Shown in pieces: positions 27,177-46,065 of a DNA stretch of 64,000 bases. Location: the NCBI GenBank assembly GCA_964016885.1, contig OZ024740.1, forward strand, positions 72,044,001 through 72,108,000, read 5' to 3'. Origin of the DNA: Eledone cirrhosa. Taxonomy: Eukaryota. The first letter of the stretch is position 1. Each line of letters opens with the position of its first letter. Made by a program: the position numbers and the translations under genes. Below the pieces are notes generated by a model. That model saw only the letters and a program-made list of their open reading frames with translations. It made no database searches and was not told the DNA's origin.

Positions 27177-29004
27177 AACTTTGAACTTTGAATAAATTTG
27201 AAATGTTTTGGCCAGTATTGGCCCAGGCCATGTCTAACTTAATAGCACCACCTGGCGAAGTCTTTCAATTCAGGATTTGGGCACCATGGCCCATTCGAGA
27301 AGAGAATTACTGTTTGCGGAGACATATCCGGGTGTGGGTGGTTTGTCCGGGATTACTTGGAGGAATTTGTCCAAAGACTTCTTGAATTTTGTGTGGTCAG
27401 TTTCTGTTTTGACGTGTCCTGGTGTGATGTTGAAGAGAGCAGGGCCGATTGAGGTGAAATAATTGTGCCGTATTGTTGTTATGAGTTGCGATTTAGATTT
27501 TTGAATGGGACGGATAGCACGGGGCCCAAGCCTTGGGTGTATCTTGAAGGCGATGCCAACATCATTTGGGCAGTGATGATGGAACATTTTCCACATCATG
27601 CAGATAATATAACGCTCACGGCGACGTTGGAGTGAGTAAAGTTTCAGGTTTTCTAATCGACCCCAGTAGTCAAGGTCTGACATGCCATCTATCTTTTTCG
27701 TGATTGCCCTTTGAGGAGCTTCAAGTTTCATGATACTTTGTTTCGTGTGGGGAGACCACAGTGGACAACAGTATTCAAGGTGTGGTCGGGCAAAAGTAGA
27801 GAAGAGAAGGATAATGGTGCGGGAATCTCTCGACTGGAAGGTTCTGAGGATCCAGGAACACATTCTGCGGGCTATGTCAACTTTGCTGCTTATATGCGTG
27901 GTCCAGCTTATGTTGCTGTCCACGGTTACTCCCAAGTCTCTGATGTTGTTAGATGCCACGAGAGTTTCCCCTGAGGGAAGGGAGTACGGGAGTTTCAGAG
28001 CATCCTCTTTTCCAAAGTGGATCAGTTCGAATTTGTCTTCGTTCAGTAACATGTTGTTCTTTTCTGCCCATTGGGTAACAGCCAGTAGGTCTGACTGAAG
28101 ACTTATCCGGTCATCCACGCCATTGATGACCTTTTGGAGCTTGGAATCATCAGCGATAATTTTAATGTTGCTGTGTTTGATGATGTCAGTGATGTCATTA
28201 ATATAGATGATGAAGGGAAGTGGGCCCAACACAGTGCCTTGTGGGACCCCACTACTGACTTTGGCTGGGCTTGATTTGACTCCCTCAACTACAACATGTT
28301 GGGTTCTGTTTGACAGGAAGCTCTTGATCCACTGCAGCAGCTTTCCAGTGACACCAATATTGGACAGCTTTCTCAGTAGAATGTTATGATCAACCCTGTC
28401 AAAGGCCTTGCTGAAATCAAGGTAGATAACATCAGTGTTGGAACCCTCTCCCAAGGCTCTCAAAATGTCATCAAAGTGATGCAGTAGCTGCGTCAGGCAA
28501 TCCCTTCCATTACGGAATCCATGCTGGTTGGAGTTCAGCACATTGTTACTCTCAAGGAAGTGGGTCATTCGCGATCTCACCACTCTCTCAAATACCTTAA
28601 TGATATGAGAGGTGAGTGAGATTGGACGGTAATTCACGGCAAGGGATTTGTTTCCCTTTTTGAAAACTGGGACAACAGACTGGGATAGAAGGTTTTCTGG
28701 CACATATCCAGCATCCAGTGAGTTCCGCCACAGATTGGCAAGAGGAGATGCAAGTTGGTGTTGACACGCCTTCAAGACACAAGCGGGGAACCTATCGGGA
28801 CCTACTGCTGAATTATGCTTGATTTCCTTTATTGCCGCCAAGACATCAGGGGCGCCAAACGTTATGTCCGATAAGGTGTAATGGGGAGTAACATCGCCGA
28901 TACAGCCCAGATCGGCCATATCAGGATTGCTGAAAACAGAGCAGTATTGTTTCTGCAGTATCTCACCCATGGTTTTAGCATTGTCTTGAAGAGTGCCATT
29001 TTCA
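27177..29004 (-). mobile_element. CR1/L2-group LINE (family 2), 5'-truncated
   Basis: ORF 27270-28970 with RT motifs (IADD variant); TTCAAAG-type tail. Confidence 0.96.
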
Positions 29005-29046
29005 TATATTTATATATATATATATATATATTTTTATATATATATA

Positions 29047-29088
<42 letters not shown>

Positions 29089-29100
29089 TATATATATATA

Positions 29101-29143
<43 letters not shown>

Positions 29144-29144
29144 T

Positions 29145-29232
<88 letters not shown>

Positions 29233-29436
29233 TATATATATATTTATATATATATTTATATATATATTTATATATATATTTATATATATATTTATATATA
29301 TATTTATATATATATTTATATATATATTTATATATATATTTATATATATATTTATATATATATTTATATATATATATTTATATATATATATTTATATATA
29401 TATATTTATATATATATATTTATATATATATATATT

Positions 29437-29469
<33 letters not shown>

Positions 29470-29488
29470 ATTTATATATATATATATT

Positions 29489-29519
<31 letters not shown>

Positions 29520-29522
29520 ATT

Positions 29523-29607
<85 letters not shown>

Positions 29608-29637
29608 ATTTATATATATTTATATATATATATATAA

Positions 29638-32149
29638 ATATAATCGCTTCTTGACTTCATGGATGATTTCTTCCTATCCCAACTAGTGCTCGAACCAACG
29701 AGGTGCCACAAAAACGTCCTAGACTTAATTTTCAGCAATCACACTGACAATATCCACAATATTGCAGTGGAGAAAACTCTACTCTCTGATCATGACATGG
29801 TTCTCTGTGATCTGAGATTCCACCGTCCAATATACAAACCCAATGTCGTTTCTCCTGTCCATCCGTTTGACGCTATGGATTTCCACAATGCAAACTGGGA
29901 AGCGATCAGTCATGATCTTGCACATGTCGACTGGTCCTTCACGCACACTCATACACCCACTAACATCAAAAAGTCCTGGCAGACATTTGTGGACACTGTT
30001 ACAAACATATGTGCTAAACACACCCCATTAAGAACTATAAACAAATCTAAGAGCAGAATCCCTAGAAATAGAAAAACGCTCATCAGAAAAATTAAGAGAA
30101 CGAACAAAAAAATCAACAATCTGAAATACTGTCAGCAGCAACACATCAACTTGACTGCCATTTCATCACTAGAGATTAAAAAACATAACCTCCAAAACAA
30201 CATAATGTCCCTCATCAACAATCAGAGAAGAGCTGAAGAGGCCTGGGCCATTGAGAAGATCAAACTCAATCCCAAAGTGTTCTTTTCATTTGCAAAAAAA
30301 CACAAAATCACTGGCTCTACTGTTGGCCCTCTAATTGATGAAAATGGCACTCTTCAAGACAATGCTAAAACCATGGGTGAGATACTGCAGAAACAATACT
30401 GCTCTGTTTTCAGCAATCCTGATATGGCCGATCTGGGCTGTATCGGCGATGTTACTCCCCATTACACCTTATCGGACATAACGTTTGGCGCCCCTGATGT
30501 CTTGGCGGCAATAAAGGAAATCAAGCATAATTCAGCAGTGGGTCCCGATAGGTTCCCTGCTTGTGTCTTGAGGGCGTGTCAACACCAACTTGCTTCTCCT
30601 CTTGCCAATCTGTGGCGGAACTCACTGGATGCTGGATATGTGCCAGAAAACCTTCTATCCCAGTCTGTTGTCCCAGTTTTCAAAAAGGGAAACAAATCCC
30701 TTGCCGTGAATTACCGTCCAATCTCACTCACCTCTCATATCATTAAGGTATTTGAGCGAGTGGTGAGATCGCGAATGACCCACTTCCTTGAGAGTAACAA
30801 TATGCTGAACTCCAACCAGCATGGATTCCGTAATGGAAGGGATTGCCTGACGCAACTACTGCATCACTTTGATGACATTTTGAGAGCCTTGGGAGAGGGT
30901 TCCAACACTGATGTTATCTACCTTGATTTCAGCAAGGCCTTTGACAGGGTTGATCATAACATTCTACTGAGAAAGCTGTCCAATATTGGTGTCACTGGAA
31001 AGCTGCTGCAGTGGATCAAGAGCTTCCTGTCAAACAGAACCCAACATGTTGTAGTTGAGGGAGTCAAATCAAGCCCAGCCAAAGTCAGTAGTGGAGTCCC
31101 ACAAGGCACTGTGTTGGGCCCACTTCTCTTCATCATCTATATTAATGACATCACTGACATCATCAAACACAGCAACATTAAAATTTTCGCTGATGATTCC
31201 AAGCTCCAAAAGGTCATCAATGGCGTGGATGACCGGATAAGCCTTCAGTCAGACCTACTGGCTGTTACCCAATGGGCAGAAAAGAACAACATGTTACTGA
31301 ACGAAGACAAATTCGAACTGATCCACTTTGGAAAAGAGGATGCTCTGAAACTCCCGTACTCCCTTCCCTCCGGGGAAACTCTCGTGGCATCTAACAACAT
31401 CAGAGACTTGGGAGTAACCGTGGACAGCAACATAAGCTGGACCACGCATATAAGCAGCAAAGTTGACATAGCCCGCAGAATGTGTTCCTGGATCCTCAGA
31501 ACCTTCCAGTCGAGAGATTCCCGCACCATTATCCTTCTCTTCTCTACTTTCGCCCGACCACACCTTGAATACTGTTGTCCACTGTGGTCTCCCCACACGA
31601 AACAAAGTATCATGAAACTTGAAGCTCCTCAAAGGGCAATCACGAAAAAGATAGATGGCATGTCAGACCTTGACTACTGGGGTCGATTGGAAAACCTGAA
31701 ACTTTACTCACTCCAACGTCGCCGTGAGCGTTATATTATCTGCATGATGTGGAAAATGTTCCATCATCACTGCCCAAATGATGTTGGCATCGCCTTCAAG
31801 ATACACCCAAGGCTTGGGCCCCGTGCTATCCGTCCCATTCAAAAATCTAAATCGCAACTCATAACAACAATACGGCACAATTATTTCACCTCAATCGGCC
31901 CTGCTCTCTTCAACATCACACCAGGACACGTCAAAACAGAAACTGACCACACAAAATTCAAGAAGTCTTTGGACAAATTCCTCCAAGTAATCCCGGACAA
32001 ACCACCCACACCCGGATATGTCTCCGCAAACAGTAATTCTCTTCTCGAATGGGCCATGGTGCCCAAATCCTGAATTGAAAGACTTCGCCAGGTGGTGCTA
32101 TTAAGTTAGACATGGCCTGGGCCAATACTGGCCAAAACATTTCAAAGTT
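29638..32149 (+). mobile_element. CR1/L2-group LINE (family 2), 5'-truncated within the endonuclease, uninterrupted 804-aa ORF
   Basis: LDLIFSN/LSDH (end of APE domain), NYRPISL, DFSKAFD, GVPQG, FADD. Confidence 0.97.
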
Positions 32150-32176
32150 ATATATATATTTATATATATATATATT

Positions 32177-32212
<36 letters not shown>

Positions 32213-32344
32213 TATATATATATATATTTATATATATATATATTTATATATATTTATATATATATATATTTATATATATATATATTTATATATATATATA
32301 TTTATATATATATATATTTATATATATATATATTTATATATATA

Positions 32345-32407
<63 letters not shown>

Positions 32408-32468
32408 TTATATATTTATATTTATATATTTATATTTATATATATATATTTATATATTTATATATATT

Positions 32469-32572
<104 letters not shown>

Positions 32573-32590
32573 TATATATTTATATATATA

Positions 32591-32628
<38 letters not shown>

Positions 32629-32661
32629 TATATATATATATTTTTATATTTATATATATAT

Positions 32662-33763
32662 ATCATCATCATCAACGTTTAACGTCCGTGTTCCACGCTT
32701 GCATGGGTTTGGACGGGGGTAGTCCCACTTGAGGCAAGAGTGATTGTCTTGCTCGCATAGGACTGTCTGGCAGGTTTTCTACAGTTGGATGCCCTTCCTA
32801 ACACCAACCACATTTACAGTGTGGGTCTGGGAGGTTTTTACCGTGTTGCCTACACGGCCACATTACAGCGTGGACTGTGTGTTTTTTTTGTCGTGACACC
32901 TACACGATCTCATTTGTTTCGGCCTGGATGGCGCGGCACCAACATAACTTTACATAGAACGGGGTGGTGTGGATGGGGTGGGGGTGGTGGCGGGACGGGG
33001 TGTATTTTGTTAGAGATGCCTACTGGCAAGGCGGGTCTTCTCTGTTACTGAGTACCGCCAAAGGTCTCGGTCCAGTGACATTGTCTTGGAGAGGTGTAAG
33101 TGTGTGAGGTCGGAGTTTATCAGCTCATCCCAGGTTTTTCTAGGTCTGCCTATTCCGTGGCTACCGTCTATCTTTATTGCCCTGCACTTTGTTATACAGC
33201 TATCGACTTTCATGCGCATCAAGTGTCCATACCAACGCAGCCTTCTCTCGAGTAAACAACATCTGATCCCTCTTATCTCTAATTTTTTCCTTCGTTTATG
33301 CTTTGCCGTTCACGTATATTACTGTTACACATCCAGCGGAGCATGCAAGCTTCGTTCCTCTCTAGTCTGCGTATATCCTCTGCACACAATGCCCAGGTCT
33401 CACTACCATGCAACATTGCTGTTCGTATGCAGGCATCGTACAACCTGCCTTTCATTTTTAGGGAGAACCCTTTAGCAGCTAATAGTGGTATAAGCTCTCT
33501 GAACTTTTTCCAACCAGTTCTGACTCTAGCTACAGTACTTTCAGAGCACCCTCCCCCACTGCTGATTTTTATCGCCCAGGTAACGGAAGCTGTCCACTAT
33601 TTCTATAGAACCCTCTGCGCAATTGAAAGAGCTAGTATTTGTGGGCACTTGCTGCTACTTATTGCACCAGAACACCGGCCACATGTAAAATCTATGTTCT
33701 TAGTTAGCTTACCTATGATCCCACTACATCTTTTATGCACCCATACTTTGCATTTAGGACATA
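32662..33763 (-). mobile_element. RTE LINE family A, 5'-truncated
   Basis: Reverse complement of ~37094-38195; shares the KTRLASRHL C-terminal variant. Confidence 0.96.
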
Positions 33764-33933
33764 TTTATATTTATATATATTTATATTTATATATATATAT
33801 ATTTATATATTTATATATATATATTTATATATATATATATATTTATATATTTATATATACATATATATTTATATATTTATATATACATATTTATATATAT
33901 ATATTTATATATATATATTTATATATATATATT

Positions 33934-33967
<34 letters not shown>

Positions 33968-34284
33968 TATATATATATATTTATATATATATATATTTAT
34001 ATATATATATTTATATATATATATATTTATATATATATATATTTATATATATATATATTTATATATATATATATTTATATATATATATATTTATATATAT
34101 ATATATTTATATATATATATATTTATATATATATATATTTATATATATATATATTTATATATATATTATATTTATATATATATATATTTATATATATATA
34201 TATTTATATATATATATATTTATATATATATATATTTATATATATATATATTTATATATATATATATTTATATATATATATATT

Positions 34285-34315
<31 letters not shown>

Positions 34316-34554
34316 ATTTATATATATATATATTTATATATATTTATATATATATTTATATATATATATACATTTATATATATATTTATATTTATATATT
34401 TATATATATATACATTTATATATATATTTATATTTATATATTTATATATATATACATTTATATATATATTTATATATTTATATATATATATTTATATATA
34501 TTTATATATATTTATATTTATATATTTATTTATATTTATATATTTATTTATATT

Positions 34555-34675
<121 letters not shown>

Positions 34676-34676
34676 A

Positions 34677-37600
34677 GTTAAAGTCAAATTCACCTCGTGG
34701 ACGAGAATGCGAGCACTCCTCTTTGTTTCGTCCGCGGATGGCTAACATAACCCTATCTCCTCCCGCCCCCCACCACCCCCACCCTCCAAACGCAACCCAA
34801 AACTTCAGAGTTGGTACCATAAATGTAGGCACCCTAAAGGGTCGCGCTAACGAGGTTGTAGAAATGCTTGAACGTAAGGAGGTCGATGTTTGTTGTATTC
34901 AAGAGACCAGGTGGAGGGGTGGGTCTGCTAGATTCATTGAGGGTAAAAAACGATGTTATAAGCTTTTCTGGGTGGGAAACGACGATGGGCTGGGTGGAGT
35001 AGGAATCATGGTAGCAGAAAAGTGGGCAGATAAGATAATAGACGTAAATAGAGTGAACGACGGAATAATTAAAATACGACTTGTCCTCAATAGAACTACG
35101 GTGACAGTAATATCTGCGTACGCACCCCAATCCGGACTGCCCGGCACTATAAAAGACAGATTCTATGAGACACTGTTGCTAACTACCTCCCAAATACCTG
35201 ACAGTGACTATATAATTATTGCAGGCGACCTAAATGGTCACGTTGGACAACATTGTGACGGCTATGACGAAATCCATGGAGGCTATGGGTTTGGTACTAG
35301 AAATGAGGAAGGCTCCAGAATTCTGGAATACTGTGATGCAAATAACTTAACTATCTGTAACACTAACTTCAAAAAACGTGACAATCACCTGATTACCTAT
35401 AGATCCGGGGAACACACAAGCCAGGTAGATTATATCCTTACCAGAAGACGTGACAGAGTGTCTGTTGTAAACACTAAATCCCTCCCCCATGAAGAATGCA
35501 CCTCCCAACATAGACTGATAATTAGCGACCTCATAGTCAGGACGAGACGCACCCGACAGCAGAAGAGGACTATCCTCAGGAGGAAAATATGGAAACTAAA
35601 GGACCCCACAGCCAGAAATAAATTTCAAAGCATATTACTTGATGCTTTCGACAGTAAGGAAGAGCATCTAGAATCGGACAATATAGAGGGACAGTGGAAA
35701 TTTCTGAAAGCAAACCTGCTGTTGGCGACAGACGAAGTCTGTGGCTGGAGCAGGCCTGTAGGCAGGAGGAGAGTAACATGGTGGTGGAACAATAGGGTGG
35801 AGGGGTCAATTAAGGCCAAAAAGCAGGCTTGGAAAGTATGGCGGGATGGGGGAAGTAGAGTAGACTATCAAGTGGCCAGGAGGGAAGCTAGGAGAGAAGT
35901 GTACTTAGCAAGAAGGGAAGCTGAGGAAAGAAAGTTCAAGCATGTTCTACAACGCGATGACCAAAAACGTGAGGTGTTCAGGATTGCCAGGCAATGCGTC
36001 AAGGAAAACCGTGATATTGTCGGGGAGAAGTGTGTACTTAACGATGATGGCATACTTGCCATCACCGACACTGATAAGAAGGTAGCTTGGAAGTGTCACT
36101 ATGAAAGGCTACTAAATGAGGAGAATAAATGGGAGAAAGACAGTCTCCCCCTTATCGACCCGATAGAGGGACCAGCAGTGTTAGTCGAGGGGAGTATAAT
36201 AAGTAAGGCAATCAAGGATATGAAGACTGGTAAGGCGGCTGGGCCTTCGGAAATAGTTGCTGAGATGCTGAAGGCATCTGGCACGGTGGGACACACCATG
36301 GTCACCCGCATAGTTAACCAAGTCGTACAGAATGGGGTTGTTCCGAAGGACTGGCATAGCAGCATCATCGTTAACTGTTATAAGGGTAAAGGAGACGCCC
36401 TAGATAGGAGTAACTATAGAGGCATTAAATTAATCGACCAGGTCATGAAGGTCACGGAAAAAGTAATAGCGCAACTAATCAGAGAGAGAATTGATCTAGA
36501 TGAAATGCAGTTCGGGTTTGTGTCAGGCAAAAGCACCACAGACGCTCTTTTCATAGTACGACAACTACAGGAGAAGTACCTAGCTAAAGGTAAACCCCTC
36601 TACTTAGCTTTTGTCGACCTGGAGAAAGCCTTCGACAGAGTCCCCCGCTCCATTATCTGGTGGGCTCTTAGAAAACTAGGCGTTGACGAATGGCTTGTGA
36701 GGGCTATACAAGCCATGTATAAAGAAACAGTCAGCAAGGTTAGAATTAACAACGAATATAGTGAAGAGTTTAGCGTAAAAGTTGGCGTCCATCAGGGCTC
36801 TGTTCTCAGCCCCCTACTATTTATTATTGCCCTTCAGGCTATAACAGAGGAGTTCAAGACAGGCTGCCCATGGGAACTCCAATACGCAGACGACCTGACA
36901 CTCATAGCGGAATCAATGGCCGAGCTAGAGAAGAAATTCCAAACATGGAAGCACGGCCTAGAGTCAAAAGGACTTAAAATTAACCTGGCTAAGACCAAAG
37001 TTCTAGTTTGTAGGAAAGAAAACAAGGCGGCGGTCCCTTCTGGGAAATGGTCGTGCTCGGTATGTAGGAAAGGCGTAGGTAGAAACTCCATCTTATGTCC
37101 TAAATGCAAAGTATGGGTGCATAAAAGATGTAGTGGGATCACAGGTAAGCTAACTAAGAACATAGACTTTACATGTGGCCGGTGTTCTGGTGCAATAAGT
37201 AGCAGCAAGTGCCCACAGAATACTAGCTCTTTCAATTGCGCAGAGGGTTCTATAGAAATAGTGGACAGCTTCCGTTACCTGGGCGATAAAATCAGCAGTG
37301 GGGGAGGGTGCTCTGAAAGTACTGTAGCTAGTCAGAACTGGTTGGAAAAAGTTCAGAGAGCTTATACCACTATTAGCTGCTAAAGGGTTCTCCCTAAAAA
37401 TGAAAGGCAGGTTGTACGATGCCTGCATACGAACAGCAATGTTGCATGGTAGTGAGACCTGGGCATTGTGTGCAGAGGATATACGCAGACTAGAGAGGAA
37501 CGAAGCTTGCATGCTCCGCTGGATGTGTAACAGTAATATACGTGAACGGCAAAGCATAAACGAACTAAGGAAAAAATTAGAGATAAGAGGGATCAGATGT

Positions 37601-38204
37601 TGTTTACTCGAGAGAAGGCTGCGTTGGTATGGACACGTGATGCGCATGAAAGTCGATAGCTGTATTACAAAGTGCAGGGCAATAAAGATAGACGGTAGCC
37701 ACGGAATAGGCAGACCTAGAAAAACATGGGATGAGCTGATAAACTCCGACCTCACACACTTACACCTCTCCAAGACAATGTCACTGGACTGTGACCTTTG
37801 GCGGTACTCAGTAACAGAGAAGACCCGCCTTGCCAGTAGGCATCTCTAACAAAATACACCCCTCCCGCCGCCACCCCCACCCCATCCACACCACCCCGTT
37901 CTATGTAAAGTTATGTTGGTGCCGCGCCATCCAGGCCGAAACAAATGAGATCGTGTAGGTGTCACGACAAAAAAACACACAGTCCACGCTGTAATGTGGC
38001 CGTGTAGGCAACACGGTAAAAACCTCCCAGACCCACACTGTAAATGTGGTTGGTGTTAGGAAGGGCATCCAACTGTAGAAAACCTGCCAGACAGTCCTAT
38101 GCGAGCAAGACAATCACTCTTGCCTCAAGTGGGACTACCCCCGTCCAAACCCATGCAAGCGTGGAACACGGACGTTAAACGATGATGATGATGATGATGA
38201 TGAT
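34677..38204 (+). mobile_element. RTE LINE family A, near full-length (APE-RT-PHD-like finger), frameshift at ~37330
   Basis: GTINVGTL, CIQETRW, SAYAPQ, GDLNGH, QVDYIL, SQHRL (APE); QYADDL (RT). A 2-nt deletion relative to sibling copies splits ORFs 34723-37383 and 37400-37849. Confidence 0.97.
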
Positions 38205-38221
38205 ATATATTTATATATATT

Positions 38222-38278
<57 letters not shown>

Positions 38279-38311
38279 ATATTTATATATTTATATATAT
38301 ATATTTATATT

Positions 38312-38342
<31 letters not shown>

Positions 38343-38422
38343 ATTTATTTATATTTATATATATTTATTTATATTTATATATATATATATTTATATATAT
38401 ATATATTTATATATATATATTT

Positions 38423-40532
38423 ATCATCATCATCATCATTTTACGTCCGCTTTTCCCTGCTTGCAAGGGTGGGACGGGTCTTATTCAGCACAGCATCTCT
38501 CCACTCGTCACGGTCCCTCGTCATCTCCACCGTGAGCTTCAATGATCTGAGGTCTGTTCTCACCACCTCTGCCCATGTTTTTCGTGGTCTACCTCTACCA
38601 CGTCTTCCTTCAACTGGCATTTTCTGGCACTTCTTCACCCATCGGTCATCCTCCATGCGCATCACATGTCCATACCACCTCAGTCTCCTCTCCCGTACAC
38701 TACATTCTATCCCTCTCAGACACAGTTTCTCTCTCAACACATTTATGCTGGGTCGTTCATGCACATTTACACTGCACATCCAACGGAGCATGCTTGCCTC
38801 ATTTCTCTCCAGCCGTCGCATATCTTCTGCGGTAGCTGCCCATGTCTCACTACCATGCAGCATCGCGCTCCTCACACAGGCATCATACAACCGGCCTTTC
38901 GTACGCAGGGAGAAACCCTTCTTCGTCAACAGAGGAAGCAGCTCCCTAAACTTCTTCCAACCCGTCCTTATTCTAGATACTATGGCCTCGGAACACCCTC
39001 CTCCCATGCTAATCTGATCTCCTAGGTACCGGAAGCTATCCACCACTTCTATAGCGCCCTCTCGCATTTGAAAAATGTGTCTATCAGTGCGACTTCTACT
39101 GTCTAATTTCCCTGTACATCTACTGCATACATATTTCTCCCTACCTGTTAGTTTGCCTGCTATCCCGCTACATCTCTTGTGTACCCAGGACCTACATTGT
39201 GTGCATTTTATAGAATTTATGCCAGTTCCTTTTCTGCATATCGAACATGGCCATTTCCCTGACGGAATCAGGGTTTTGTCCTCTTTTCTACTCATCAACA
39301 CTTTTGTCTTAGCTAGATTTACTCTCAGTCCTCTTGCTTCCAACTGCTGTTTCCATAGCCGGAATTTATTCTCTAGCTCCTCTACTGATTCTGCCATAAG
39401 AGCCAGATCGTCAGCATAGAGAAGTTCCCATGGACAGCCAGTCTTAAACTCCTCTGTTATGGCTTGGAGGACTATAATGAACAAGAGCGGGCTGAGGACC
39501 GAACCCTGATGTACTCCTACTTGTATCTGGAATTCCTCACTAAACTCCATTCCTACCCTGACTTTACTGAGAGTACCTCTGTACAAAGTTTGCACTGTCC
39601 TTACAAGCCATTCCTCAACACCCAGCTTCCTTAGGGACCACCAGATGACAGATCGGGGTACCCTATCAAAGGCCTTCTCTAGGTCAACAAAGGCCAAGTA
39701 TAGTGGCTTATTCTTCTCTAAGAACCTCTCTTGCATTTGTCTCACCAAGAAGAGGGCATCTGTTGTACTCTTCCCAGGCACAAAACCAAACTGCATCTCA
39801 TCTAGTTTGACCCTTTCTCTAATTAGTTGTGCTAAAATCCTTTCTGCCACTTTCATAACCTGATCTATCAGTTTTATACCCCTATAATTGCTCCTCTCCA
39901 AAGCATCCCCTTTACCTTTGTAGCAATTTATGAGAATACTGCTGCACCAGTCTTTGGGTATGACACCACCATATATAGCCTGATTGATTATGCGTGCAAC
40001 CAGTTTAGTGCCTACGTCCCCTGATGCCTTCAGCATCTCAGCAACTATTCCCGATGGTCCGGCCGCCTTACCATTTTTCATTTCCCTAATCGCCTCTTGG
40101 ACCCTATATTCGTCAATCTCAATAGCTGGTCCCTCTGTTGGATCTACCAAGGGTAATTTCTCTCTCTCCCATTCGTTCTCCACATTCATCAGTCTCTCAT
40201 AATGGCATTTCCAGGCCTCCTTTTTCTGGTCATTCGTGACACTAAGTACACCGGCATCATCCCGGACACATTTATCACCAACAACATCCTGATTTGCATT
40301 GACACACTGCCCTGCAATGTGGAACACCGCACGCCTCTGATCTTCCCGTCGCAGAACATTGGCAAACCTCCTACTCTCTGCCTCCCTGCGTGCTAAGTAC
40401 ACCTGACGTCTAGCTTCTCTCTTAGTGGCTGTATATTCTTCCCTACTCCCACCCTTATTCCAAGCCTTCCATGCTAGTCTTTTGTCTCTAATAGCCTTAT
40501 CTACACTGCTGTTCCACCACCAGGTCACTCTC
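38423..40532 (-). mobile_element. RTE LINE family C, 5'-truncated, uninterrupted 695-aa ORF
   Basis: Complete RT domain; near-identical to 5885-7007; (GAT)n tail. Confidence 0.97.
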
Positions 40533-40710
40533 TATATATTTATATATATATATATTTATATATATATATATTTATATATATATATATTTATATATATATA
40601 TATTTATATATATATATATATTTTTATATATATATATATTTTTATATATATATATATTTATATATATATATATTTATATATATATATATATTTTTATATA
40701 TATATATATT

Positions 40711-40795
<85 letters not shown>

Positions 40796-40808
40796 TTATA
40801 TATATATT

Positions 40809-41133
<325 letters not shown>

Positions 41134-41212
41134 TTATATATATATATATATTTATATATATTTATATATATATATATATTTATATTTATATTTATATATT
41201 TATTTATATATT

Positions 41213-41244
<32 letters not shown>

Positions 41245-41735
41245 TATATATTTATATTTATATATTTATATATATATATACATTTATATTTATATATTTA
41301 TATATATATATACATTTATATATACATTTATATTTATATATTTATATATATATATACATTTATATATACATTTATATATATATTTATATATATATTTATA
41401 TATATATTTATATATACATTTATATATACATTTATATATACATTTATATATATATTTATATATATATTTATATATATATTTATATATACATTTATATATA
41501 CATTTATATATACATTTATATATATATTTATATATACATTTATATATACATTTATATATATATTTATATATACATTTATATATATATTTATATATATATA
41601 TATATTTATATATACATTTATATATATATATATATTTATATATATATTTATATATATATATATATTTATATATATATTTATATATATATATATATTTATA
41701 TATATATTTATATATATATATATATTTATATATAC

Positions 41736-41777
<42 letters not shown>

Positions 41778-41932
41778 TTATATATTTATATTTATATATT
41801 TATATATATTTATATCTTTATATTTATATATATCTTTATATTTATATATATATATATCTTTATATTTATATATATATATATTTATATATATTTATATTTA
41901 TATTTATTTATATATTTATTTATATATATATT

Positions 41933-41981
<49 letters not shown>

Positions 41982-41990
41982 TTATATATA

Positions 41991-42022
<32 letters not shown>

Positions 42023-42026
42023 TTTA

Positions 42027-42059
<33 letters not shown>

Positions 42060-42204
42060 ATATTTATATTTATATATATATTTATATTTATATATATATT
42101 TATATTTATATATATATATTTATATTTATATATATATTTATATTTATATATATATTTATATTTATATATATATATATTTATATATATTTATATATATATA
42201 TATT

Positions 42205-42387
<183 letters not shown>

Positions 42388-42388
42388 T

Positions 42389-42442
<54 letters not shown>

Positions 42443-42456
42443 TATATATATATATT

Positions 42457-42507
<51 letters not shown>

Positions 42508-42510
42508 ATA

Positions 42511-43127
42511 TGAACGACAAAGCATAAAGGAATTGAGAGAGAGACTGAGCATAAGAGGAATCAAATGCTGCGTGCAGGAGAGGCGGTTACGCTGGTATGG
42601 ACATGTGATGCGTATGAAGGATGACAGCTGCATAAAAAGGTGCAGAGCACTAGAAGTTGATGGAAACCGCGGAGTGGGGAGACCCAAGAAGACCTGGGAT
42701 GAGGTGATAAAAGCCGACCTTACCCAACTACACCTCTCAAAGTCAATGACACACGACCGTGACTTCTGGCGTCACGCAGTAATACAGGGTACCCGACCTC
42801 CCATGGGTACATGCTGAAGCACATAAACAATATGCCCCCCCCCCTCCCCCACCGCAAGGTGGTCGTGGAGGTGCCACGGCAAAAAAGCACCCAGCCCACA
42901 CTGTAAAGTGGACGTGTAGGCGCCACGAAAAAGCACCCAGCACTCACTGTAAATGAGGTTGGTGTTAGGAAGGGCATCCAGCTGTAGAAATCAAGCCAGA
43001 TCAGTTCCTGTATGAGCAAGGCATGGTCAGCCGACCAGACACTGCCCACAACAGGACAACCCGTCTAACCCATGCTAGCGTGGAAGAACGGACGTAAAAC
43101 GATGATGATGATGATGATGATGATGAT
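42511..43127 (+). mobile_element. RTE family B 3' fragment
   Basis: Matches 10590-11185. Confidence 0.95.

Positions 43128-46065
<2,938 letters not shown>

Noticed and set aside
34677-34740. Hairpin before the RTE-A ATG as an HDV-like ribozyme
   Set aside because: Only a simple stem (gtggacgaga/tttcgtccgc) is visible, with no nested double pseudoknot; the element is probably 5'-truncated.
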